A program made the translations under genes and the position numbers. A DNA stretch of 64,000 bases from Phoronis australis. Its lineage: Eukaryota > Animalia > Phoronida. Below, in pieces: positions 27,922-51,700 of the stretch. The number at the start of each line of letters is the position of its first letter. Positions within the stretch are counted from its first letter, which is position 1. The stretch covers positions 273,469 through 337,468 of the forward strand of contig NMRA01000044.1 in NCBI GenBank assembly GCA_002633005.1. Reading direction: 5' to 3'. The notes beneath the pieces were generated by a model that saw only the letters and a list, made by a program, of their open reading frames with translations, was not told where the DNA came from and made no database searches.

Positions 27922-29954
27922 TTAAACTTCTTGCTTCATCTTCGAAATTTAAAAGCTAAAAGTCAGAATATGCTTCTAATAAAAAATTCAATTCTTACCA
28001 AGTGGCTGGCTTCACTAAATTGTATAAGCTGGGACTTGTGACCAGTTGTACGTTTTAATGCAAGTCTCTGTATAGATTCTCCATATAAAAAGTTGTAATG
28101 TTACGACATATTCATGAATCAGGTAAACGTCTGGCAAGGAAATGATGGGTTTTATACTGCACTAGAGAAAAACTATGAAACCTATAAGGATTTAGCGGGC
28201 GCTTAGCGATATGGACAGAAATGAGGATGATTTCCATCTTGTCTTCGTCGAGTAAACAACATGTTGTTTCCATCCCGCATGATGCAAAAATTTAACCCAC
28301 TGAGGGAGGTGTCAACCACAAGACTTTGAAATAATCTGAGGTAATTTTGCTTAATTTCTTATGAAAGGTTCAAAAAAACCATACACTACCACAAATAGTC
28401 AGATTTCAAAACCTAGTTTAACGATCTAGGGAGAATGGTAATCATATGGAATTTAGTATAAGTGAGCAATAGCCAATCAAAACCTAACAAACTACGTAAC
28501 CTTGTTTCATAAATTTCTCATGACTAACTCATCATTTCCGCAAGCGGCTCATCGAAACGGAACTGGATCATTTGCATGGAAAAAGATTGACAGCAAAACA
28601 CATTCGCTACATTACTTCGTTGATCCAGAGATTTTCTGTGCAAACAACTGGTGTTGTTTTTCTAAACATAGCACATACTTGTCAATTTGCAACAAGCACA
28701 CAAATTTATCAAACAGATTTGCCGTGGGTGGGAAGCAAATGAATTATGGAACCGAAGTTGAATGCAACCACAAGACAACTTTTTACAAGTGTGAATGTAA
28801 GAAAACGAGAATGAAGCCATACCTGTTGTTAAACACAATTAACAGACCCATAATCTGAACTGGTTATATTTAACATCAAGCTATCATTTAGCTTTCTATA
28901 TTTATTGGAATAACAAAGAGGTAATGATATTGCAAATGGTAACAAGGAAAATACCATTAAATCATAAAACACAACTCGGAGTTTTTCACAAAAAAAATAA
29001 AAGTTCACGTCTCGTCTGGTCTGCACCAATAAGGTACAACCTACTAGTTAAAAGTTAATTCAATTCAAATCATTTGAATGTTGCAACAACACCAGGGTCA
29101 CTGAGTAAACCCCAGTCAAAACAGAAGTCACGTCCTTCTAAGAATTGTTTAAACAACACATGCAATATAAGAAAAGCTTGAGAAGTTAACAAGTTTCCAA
29201 CTAGGCTTTTGACAGTTAAGCCTCCGGGAAGAGTTATGTTAGTTATGGCCAATTATTTATTGTTAAACGCGGGCACATTGGCAGTTGTGGCGACTCCCCA
29301 ATAATCTGCCGACAGGGCGTCCAGTATAATCCCCAGCCTAAGTGAGTGGCATTCTTCGCGTTAAACAGACCTAAAAGACTTAATATCTAAAATACACTTG
29401 GAAAGAGATCGCTGCTATTATACGTCTAGTACTTAATGTAACTTGTACTAACAAAGCCGTCAACAATCACGAAGCTTTTACCATACAACTCGATGTTTGC
29501 TTTCATAACATTTTGTGCATGGCTCACTTCAAATCGACTTCTCGGGCTTATCAGATTTCGATCCCCTCTCCATGCAGATGAAACTGAAAAACACCTACCG
29601 TAGGAAGGATTGTCAGGGACTATGTGTGATAAACCAATGGCACGGCTTAAAAAATATTCTCTCGTCGACGTGCAGTCCGAAAACCTTGAGTTGGGACTAA
29701 CAACAGGTGCCAGAGAACACACGATGACAAAAAACGCCGAATACATAGTCCTGAATCCAAAGAAACGCATCATATTAAGGATTTATAACTTCCAGTGATA
29801 TAACAAGTAATCGTCTACTCCGTGATCACGTTTTTCAACTTTTGGCAGCCAACTGTCATTAAAAATCCGAAGTTTCAGAGAGCACCAACACTAACCCAAC
29901 ACCGCACACCACGACTAACACAACAAATGATACTCAAATGCTTTCTCATAGTCA

Positions 29955-29990
29955 ACTTTGATTGGTTAAAGATCTAATGACGTCATTCCG
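29955..29990. promoter_or_regulatory. CCAAT box plus palindromic CRE; candidate promoter of an unidentified minus-strand gene
   Basis: ATTGG at 29961-29965 and AATGACGTCATT around 29976-29987, in a locally CpG-richer zone. Confidence 0.35.
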
Positions 29991-32900
29991 CGCTGATAGA
30001 CAACAGAAGCAACAGCCAGAGCGTGTATCATTTTTTAAAATGTAAAACATTATTGTAACTAGCCAACGCAACACTGTTTTAAGAAACAAACCGTTTGACC
30101 GTGGTTTTTGTTCAGCACAACGCGAGAAAGCGTTTTAAAAAATGAGGGGTCAGTAAAATTCGGTGACAGGGGTGGGAGAGGTGGGCGGGTAATATGTTAT
30201 TTCACTAAAATTCATTTAAAACTAATTAAGTTATGAGGACGATGAGGTGAGAAGCGGACTGGACTGGTGAAGGTAAAATTACTTTTCGACCGGGGATATT
30301 GGAAGAATCAGGCAACCACTTCCTCCAGTTCTATGCAACCACACACGTCACTTGGCGGAGTCAATAAGATTTCCCGGTCTATTACAAACATCTATTCTCT
30401 GGCAGTACAACCCCGGCCGGATACAGGTTGGCCAAAACCCGAGGCAAAACAGTTGCTCTTACCACAAGACACGGAAGACGCCTAGTGCGTGTCTGCTTTT
30501 TACCATTTCGGAATGGAAATGTTGCAGCTAATTTATCAGTTTCTCTACAATACATTGCTGCATGACCTTGCATTTGTAATACTATATTTAGTGCTAATAG
30601 TTACTTTTAACAGCAAAGGCTAATGGCGAACACGTCGCAATTCAAACCACCATCAGCGATAACAAATGAACTATCATTTTATTCACCCTGTAATAAAATT
30701 ACACATTTCTAATTCTAACAATGTTGTCATTCTTAAGATGCTAGTCTTATAGGCTAGCTGTCTTATAGGCTAGCTGTCTTATTTTCGTAAAAAAACACGG
30801 TCTCCAAGTGCTGTTCCATTTTTAACCGGATCCGTCTTTCACACTCTTCTCTGGCCATATTTTTAAAGAATTCCTTTATTTATGTTGTTCCAGGGCCAAA
30901 AACTTCTTCTACGTTTTGTTTGCCCAGTCAAAATCTGCTTTTCTCCGATAATTTGTCTATGGTGTCTATTCGATCTTGAAACAATCTGAAGTTTGGGTGC
31001 CGCCCACGGAGCCAGATACTGAGATCATGTGCAACATGCCAGCGCCATGGCGGGATCGTGCCTCACTTGATCAGTACTTGACTCATAAGACGCCATAAAA
31101 CACTCGGGTGAATCTCAACGGAAGAAACTGTGGTCAGCTGCGTCAGCTATGGGTAATTAGCGATCCACTTGAAAGATTGTCCTGGGTAATTTTCGAAATG
31201 AGGTGTGAAGAGGGAGCATCGCGTCACGCGGTTCACGCATGTAAAATTATTTCAAGATTCATGACCCCATTTTATCAGTTTTCTTTCCTCTCGGCAGGTT
31301 AATTTCAATTCTCAATCTCGGGATCCACGGATTGATGTATGTCTGCCCCCTGTGGTCCGGCAGCCCCCTTCCCCAATTTTGACTAATCACAGTTAACAAA
31401 TACTGGCTTAGCCAACTTGAAAGATACACATGTACGGTGACCCCTTGACGGCTTGACGCTAGTTTCACATTCACGCAAAGTAACTGAAAATGTCGTTTCA
31501 CCGGTCACGGAAACATGCAACCCTTTGATTTTCATTCCATTATTCTCTATTTTGTATTTTACACTTTTATGCGATGTCTATTTTTCATGTGTATACACAT
31601 TACATTCACGCGAAATGTGACTTAGCAAATTCAATTCAAAATGCAGTTTTCCAAAGACTGAATTGATTGATTGATGCTTGTCACTCAGTCTCAATCCTTC
31701 GCTGGTTCCCTGCGTGCCTAGCCGGCTACCGACCACCTAGCGGCACGCAGGGAACCAGCGAGTCTCAATCCCCGACAACACGAAATTGAAGTGATTATGC
31801 CTGACCTCTATTGAGTACAAAAATAAACAACTGCGTCAAACAAATTACACCCATATCAGAAAACGTTACTGGTTTCGCATTGTTGCCTCAGAGGTAGGCT
31901 TTGGAAAATTAACTACCATGGACAACAAAATGCAAGTTATAAACTACTCAACATTACGGTATTTGTATAGCTTTGAAACACGAATTTTCTTACTTAATGC
32001 TTCGACTTGCAGGTGAGTGCCTCGTTCCATCTTTGTGCAAGTTCTGGCAAAACGCAATGTGATACTTTGTGACAAAAAGAACATCGCAGAAGTGAACAAC
32101 GCAAGTCTTTGAGACTTGTGCAAAAAAAGTCAAACACTAGCTTCTTGTTCGTTATTTAAGAGTTATTTCACCAACAGTCTGTGTGGGTATGCATTCCCTA
32201 TACATTAGGGCTAGGCCAGCATACCCGCCAGAACCTGGTTATTGCATTTTAAACTGTTTTGTGAAGACCGGTAAAATAGTGTTTAAAAAAATACCGGTAT
32301 AACACTAAATTTAAGTTTTGCTCTCAGAGCAAAACTAAAGTTTTCCAAAATTAAGCTCTGCTAAGGATCTGTATATCTTCATATTACAGGCAGTGAAGTT
32401 TGAACTTAGTACAGTGAGTGGAACATTATTGGGGTAATGTCACTAACCCACTGTTGTTTGATAGCTAATCCGGTAGGGATACTGTCCTCCGATGAATATG
32501 TCAGGAAAGAGTATCTCTTTAGATGTACGTCCAATTAAAATTCTATGAAAAATATATTCTTTGGTGTAAGAGGTGTTTCTGGACTTCCCTATTAGGAGAG
32601 GGGCATGTGACATATATTTAAACATATTTCATCATCTTATAGCAAAATGCATCGAAATGTCGATTTCTTTTAAGAAATCGACATTTCGATGCATTTTTAA
32701 AACACATTACACGCAAGCAGAGTTAGGAGGACCCCTCGGAACGCAACGAACCAGTTTTAGGTGTTAAAGGAACATTTTTTCGAGAATTATGGCTGCCCCT
32801 GTTGCTACATTCGTGGCGCGACACTGCATACTTCAGGCTGACGAAAATCCTGTGGAGTTTGCTCATTCAGGAGAACAGTGACATCGATGCTTTGCGAATT

Positions 32901-33100
32901 TCAGTCTATCTCAAAATTCATTGAAACGTAAATTTCTAATATGTGTTTATAAACTCAGTTATTTCATTTAAAACACGGCTTTGATCTGTTTTTACTGGTT
33001 TAATTTCAGTTGATTCCAACTCTCTAAATGGAGATCTTGTCTTTACATCACAACAGTGCAACAAAAATCCAAACGACATCAGTAGGTAACATAATTTAAA

Positions 33101-33137
33101 AAACGATATTTCGAGACACACATCTCATCTTCAGGCT
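33101..33137 (-). ncRNA. Minimal hammerhead-ribozyme-like motif of Penelope pLTR type
   Basis: Minus strand reads AGC CUGAAGA U GAGA-UGUGUG-UCUC GAAA UA UC GUU, ~140 nt downstream of the GIY-YIG remnant on the same strand. Confidence 0.5.
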
Positions 33138-33275
33138 ACTATTTACAACTAGTTCACAGTGAAACGCACATCAGAAATGACAAATGCAATATAACACGTG
33201 AAGTTGACATGCGCAACTATGACGATAAAAACATATATAAATATACATACGTTGCTGTGCAACATAATCTACAGA

Positions 33276-33500
33276 TCACCTAAATAACGATAGAGTCCTT
33301 CGAGTTCCAGTTAGCTGCTCGTTCAAACTGGGTTTTTCAAACATTATTAGAAGCGACACTAATGTTCGTAACCTGTATAAATCATTTTCAGTGTATCTAA
33401 TGACTGTACTGTCGACAATCTCCTGACGATTTATCTTGCGACCATGAACGTTCTGGAAATGGTCTTTTATGGAACCGGTTTGTAAATGCATTGAAAGTTG
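33276..33500 (-). pseudogene. Penelope-like retroelement GIY-YIG endonuclease C-terminal remnant
   Basis: LSMHLQTGSIKDHF..H...INRQEIVDSTVI....DLYRLRTLVSLLIMFEKPSLNEQ fits the end of PLE GIY-YIG domains (LE.L.I....P.LN.Q); 5' part missing. Confidence 0.7.
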
Positions 33501-34544
33501 CCATGAAAAGGAAAACATAGCCCCCTTGGCCCCTCTCTAAATCCACCACTGGTGTTATTGGGCAATTGGAAATTCTATTTACTTCTCCCCTTGTGAATAG
33601 TTGACTCACTTTGAATCTTTTATGAATTCAAGTTTTCTACTGTATATAGTTTGCTCTCAATGCTGCTTCTGTAAAGCCTTAGTTTTCCCAACCTTTTTAC
33701 CAATTGGATACTTCGCAACCAGATTTTTTGTTTTGCCGAAATTCGTATGAATTGTCGAGGTGGGCAATTCTGTCCTCTTGCTCCCATGGTTTTTATTGAG
33801 CAGGCTCATCGTGGTGGTCAAACCGAGCATTTCCAAGACGCCGAGACCAGTCTCGAGCAACTACCGAACGTTTAGTCCTTTTCAATCCCAGAAATCATTT
33901 TTCATTTGAGAAACTTGAGACTAGTGAGATTTAAAACGGTAAATGGTCTAAATCTTACGTTCGTTTCTTTTAGTGGAACGCTGGTTTGTTGTATGACAGT
34001 TTGTACACCAGACAATCCCAGGAATTTTCCAATTTTCGCATTGGTTCTATTTTGATAAGGTCAGAGAAGAGTTCAGTTCGGGCAAGCATAAAACAGGCGA
34101 ATACTTGGATTCGACGTTTGGTCCCGAAAATGTCACTTACAAACACACGCTTATCCTTAAATGTACTCAGCTGTGCTACATTGCGACAAGAATACCTTGG
34201 TGGTTCACGTCGGTAACAAAAATTGCGGTGCACGAGACAAAATACAACTTTGCGGCGCGCGAGCTAAACCAATAAACAAAACTACATTTCGCCTCTTAAT
34301 AGATATAAATTTTAACCTAAAGCTTTCGAGTTTACACATTACCACGCTCAGCAATATAGGTAACTCAAGTCGAAGCCACTCTATGCACGCGCCAATTCGA
34401 AACCCTGAACATTGGCCCGCGATTTCTTTAACCACCGCTGGTTTTTATGTTCATTTTGTTAACTATTACAATAAGGATTATCAGAGCGACTTTTATGAGA
34501 GTCAAAGGATTGGATTTTTAATCCAGGACCAACTGCACATTTAA

Positions 34545-34911
34545 AGTGGAACTTACACACGAATTCCTCATCTCTGTGCTTGCTTGGTCAAATTAGTTAG
34601 AAACACAACTTATAGCGACGACGTGCATATGAAGTAGATGAAAATTGCCAATGCTTTTTTAAAAGGAGCTTTGTGTTGAAAATGATCGGTGGTAAATCAC
34701 TAAACTATGTCTGGTAAGTATAGTGAACACTGCATGATGGAGGCTATATGGCCCACCCCCAACTTACCTCATTCCTGCAAAGGTCACCTATTGGAAGATT
34801 TTTTTTCTTGTCATATTTACAAGTTGTCAGTGAATACAACTACACTTTGTTTAGGGTACATGATGTTCAAATAGCATTGTGGTTTAGTTCCTGCTATACA
34901 TTAGCATAGTT
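34545..34911 (+). mobile_element. TTAA-flanked Kolobok-like non-autonomous element (copy 2)
   Basis: Starts TTAA|AGTGGAA; shares TGCTTGGTCAAATTAGTTAGAAACAC and a ~135-bp high-identity block with copy 1. Confidence 0.7.
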
Positions 34912-36077
34912 AAGAGCATACAAACACATCTTTAGCATCACGACTGTTTTGGGTTCACACTTTGTTCAAACAGTTGCCAACTACCCATATGTCCTTCCCG
35001 GCAGTACCCCAAAGCAAATAATTACAACCCGACAGTTCATCAAACCTCAAGTGTCAGACCCTCTGTAGTAAATAAACAGTTTACAACTCATTCCAGTATA
35101 TTTTATGCACTTCATACATGTACAACTATAAAATTAAGTATTTACAAGTATATGCTGCACCCATCAATGCTTCACAATATCTGCAGCTACAAGACACATG
35201 GAAGTCTTCAAGTGTTTAAACTCCTCTAGAAAACTTTAACAATTACTACTGTCTGAGTAGAGGATCGTTGTGAAGTTGAGAGGAATTGCAATCTAAATTG
35301 TCAGATATATGTACATAAAAGTGTTCCAAGAATACGATGCAGAGCTTTTACAATGTTGGCAAATGTACACGTTGGATACAAGTGATGAAAACAAATGCTA
35401 AGGCGAAACTATGACAACTTAAAAGGTTATAAATTGTCGGGAAACGTAGCACAAATATTTACAAATGTCAAGGTTTGAAAAAGAGTATCTGAGCAGCAAT
35501 TTTTTTAGATGTGTTAAACACAACATTCCACCTATGACATACTTTATAACCTCGATAGACGTTCTCTTTACATGTTAGTCAAATCTTTCGTTAGGCGGCA
35601 AGACTGAATTACCTTGGGCCTGAGTAATTATTGTAAAACCCGATTCCTGATGAGAGACCAAACTGTTGTCAATTTGAGAGAATATCTATTAGGCTCTAAA
35701 GTGTACACAGAATGCTGTGTCTAAACGTTAGTACAGTAAATCACTATCAAAGATACAGTAACTTAAGTTAACAAGTCAGTTAGCTCTACATCACCATGGA
35801 GCTACATACTGCGATAGTTGTAACTGAAAAATAACATGCATCATTTTTGACGCATACAACAACCGCATAAGGCTTTTAGTCTTACAACAAATTTGTTATT
35901 CATCAAGAATTATTAAATTTTGTCCTTGTGTGAAAGGTTTGTTATTTGGGACAGGTCATTTACATTCGTACTTTGATAAATTTTCTTCCAAATCATGATC
36001 AACGCGACGTCTGCCCGAGCAGACGTCTGCAGCCACACACGGCACGTACACAAACATAAGCAGATTGTAGCACACAC

Positions 36078-48372
<12,295 letters not shown>

Positions 48373-48726
48373 CTTGTAAATCACAAAGTACAGTCAGGCA
48401 AATGATATAAGAAGAAGAAATCAAAATAACCGGTATTTCTTGGTTCGAAATAACCGATTTCTTTTCAACAACAAGAAGCGGCAAGTTCCGAAAACGGCGC
48501 GAAATTTAGATCACGTGACTTCATTCCCATTTATTTTCCAGTGTAGCTGATAAGATTGAATTATTTTTTACTTTTAGATACATGCATAGGGTATACAAAT
48601 ATTACATGAATAGTCTACGAGTGAGAAATTAATCAACTAACGGAAATAATGGAATTTTCACATTTCCGAGTAACTATTGTTATGCGCATGCGTCAGCAGT
48701 ATTTCCTGTATTAAAGTCGCCTGGAA
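48373..48726. promoter_or_regulatory. Bidirectional MCM7/DCN1 promoter region
   Basis: 354 bp between divergent ATGs. E2F-type GGCGCGAAA at 48496-48504, E-box TCACGTGAC at 48511-48519, NRF1-type TGCGCATGCG at 48683-48692, Myb-like TAACGG near 48638. Confidence 0.75.
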
Positions 48727-48729
48727 ATG
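48727..48729 (+). CDS. DCUN1D1: DCN1 exon 1 coding part (ATG only)
   Basis: GGAAATG|GTGAGT strong donor; exon 2 has no ATG and begins in phase 0. Confidence 0.8.
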
Positions 48730-51700
48730 GTGAGTTCCCACCAAAACATTAAATTTTGCCCTACAGTTGCAAGCATGTGGGGAGTTAAAAATTATTTAAA
48801 GAACTAGACTAAAATGGTCGGTTATAATGATCCCATATTGTGAGAACCATATTATCAATGAATTACGTAGGCTACCTGTTCTTCAGTGGACAAAACTGGT
48901 TCTCGTCATTTCGGGGACACTGGTTATGGTTTGCCTGGTTATCCAGCCTGAGCCAGTACACATGAAGACCGCTAGTAACGTAAAAATAAAACTAGGAAGC
49001 GCTGTGCGTTAACTTCACATAGTCTATGACCTTGAAATTTTACACAGCCTAGGTAGGTCTGCTCGTAATGTTAGCGTGAAACGTGTAAAGCTAATGACTG
49101 GATTGGGAGTCGACTGACAGTGACACCTAGGGCTAGGTCCTAGGCCCTAGCCAGCAACTGTATGAAGACTATTGTCAAAATACAGCTAGGTACCACTGTA
49201 TGTTAACCTCCGACAGACCTCGAAATTGAACACAGCCCGGGTAGTTGTGCTCGTCACCTCGCCGTGAAACATGTAGAGCTAAAGACCGACGAGGGTGCAT
49301 GCAAAATTTAGGAGACAACCGACACTCATCTCGCCCGTTACAGCCCTTTAAGTGAAAAACAATGCAATAAACGTCATTTTCTTGCGTAATTCTCTGCCTT
49401 TTATAACAAAGAGAAGTATGTCGTGGTTTTGAAAGCAGTACGCTTGTGACACGCGCACGCACGATTTCCTAAATTTCGCGACATCTCTCGGGAGAAGACA
49501 GCTTCGCTGCAGCAAACTTTTTTTCTGAAATTCGGTTTGCTGTGTCAAAATTCTAAAAACTTATAATGAAGTGAAACCAGGTCCAATAATTTGTTGTGAT
49601 GTATATGCAACCTCGTGAAAGAACAACAGGTGAATAAAGAAACTGGCCAACAGATGACGCAATATTTCATGGTGTCAAAATCCTACGTAAAAGATTGGTC
49701 CACAACTTTAGCAGCATAATAATGGCAGCACGCCAATTTTTCCAACACCAGTAAATAATTTAGTTTACTCAAGGAAGAGAGTAATTTTTATCAACACTAA
49801 TTTTGTATCAAATTTTAATTTTTTGAGACGTCTTTCGGGAAATGATGACATCTTTGGCGAAGCAAAATTAGCACCAAGACTGGATCCTGAGATTCGTAGA
49901 TCCAAGACACTTGTAAGAAAAACTAGTGTGACCACGTGGTTTGCCTGTAATGCAATGCAATATCTCCTGAACACTTGATGTATGATCTTGCATTTCCTCA
50001 AGATTCTCATGTCTATGAAATGCAGCCCTGATTTTGTCTGATTCTTGTATCTCGTACCTTGTCTGATCTGACCACAATTTGAGGCAGTGCTTGTCTATAT
50101 AGCCATTCCTGATTTACAGTTCTAAACAGTTTCATCCACTGAACAACGGATTCATTATTCAGTAGTTGCTTAGTTCTCAAAATCTGGGACTGCAATATTC
50201 GACTGGTGCCCAATTAGATATGCTGCGACATCTGTCATGCTGAGGCTACTAGGATTCTCACTGCCTGTAACAACATATGAGGCAGGTGCACGAGTTTGAC
50301 TAGCCTCGGAACAGTGTGGATAAAAAGCGAGCAAATAAGAGCAAAATAAAATCAGACACTAAGTTAATGTGATAAAAAATTATCTTCGAGTTATTATCAA
50401 ATAGGTTTTAGGTGCTAAAAATTGCTGCTGTCATTCTATTGCTAAGGTGGACTGATCATATACATCTGCTATGAGTGCCATGGAATAGAGCGCTGCCTGC
50501 TGGCCAATTTCTTTTATTTGCTGATTGTTTAATTGATTATTCTTCCACAAAGATGCAAAGCATTTGCAACAAATTATTGGAATTGTTTTTGCTGTGTTTT
50601 AAATTTCAGGATTTTATTTCCAGCAAACCAATACTTGTATCTCGGCATATTAGCGATTGGGAAAGTTGTCACCATATCCCGAAGAATGTTACAGCAAATG
50701 GGGGCTACATGTGTTGGCAACATACAGCGTTGAAGTCTTGTGTCTTCTGAAATGTTTAGTATATACACGATTTACTGTTGGAATTCTCTTCAATTGTAAT
50801 ATGTCCTATTTTTTTCAGGTTGCCTGCACAGAACCACACCATCAATAATGTCATTTTTTATATTTTTTTCCTGGAATTATCGTTGGGTTGCACAGTTCTG
50901 ATAGACGTGATTCGTCGAATCTACATCTACTGCGAGCCTTTGTCTCCTATTTTGCCCACGTTTAAACCTGTGTCGCTCTTTTCAGCACAAACAATTGAAA
51001 TCGAGTTCACAGCGAGAAAAAGTGAGGCAATTTATTGCCTTCACCAATACAAGTGAGAAAACAGCCATCGTCTGTCTGGGGGCACATGACTGGAAGCTTG
51101 ATATTGCTACAGACAACTACTATCAGTTTCCAGAGAGGTACAATAAAGACAGTCGACCGTCTTTCGATCGCAAGAAAATAGAACAGTTGTTTAACAGATA
51201 TAGAGGTATGAGGCTGTGCTTTGTATGCCATTGGTGATTTGTTATTGATCCTCTTAGTTTTAAAAAGTTGCTGGATCCTAGTTTGGCAAATAAATTGGTT
51301 AAAATTCAAAATTGAACTAATTTTCCATATTTATACATCAAAATGATTCAATGATCTTTTGATTGGCTACAAAAAATCCCAAAGCGTCACGTCGTTGTAT
51401 TTGCTAACTATAATACCAGAGAAATTAAACCGGTGTCTCCTGAAAAGTCTGAAACATTACCAATCAAATACCAATTACCTCAATGTGTTTGTTGAAAAAA
51501 TTAAAACTTGGTTGTGAAAATTCGTAAATTCTTATTCATACCAAACGATTCAAACCCAGTCTAGGATTCAGCGTTTTTTAACAGAATCTAAAACTATCAT
51601 TGCCATTCGGTTATTCTTGTCAGGCTAGTGGATGACTGTGATACAAGTGTGAAACTGTGGTAGAGATCAATCAAGATAACCTTTGAAACTGACCATGTGG

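Noticed and set aside
29034-29046. 12-nt match to let-7 (TAGTAGGTTGTA on minus)
   Set aside because: Lacks the GAGGTAG seed and a hairpin.
29426-29798. Overlapping 61-115 aa ORFs near the putative promoter
   Set aside because: No recognisable domain or consistent splice context; at most uORFs.
35644-35685. CTGATGA followed by a GAC/GTC stem
   Set aside because: No GAAA box, so the hammerhead core is incomplete.
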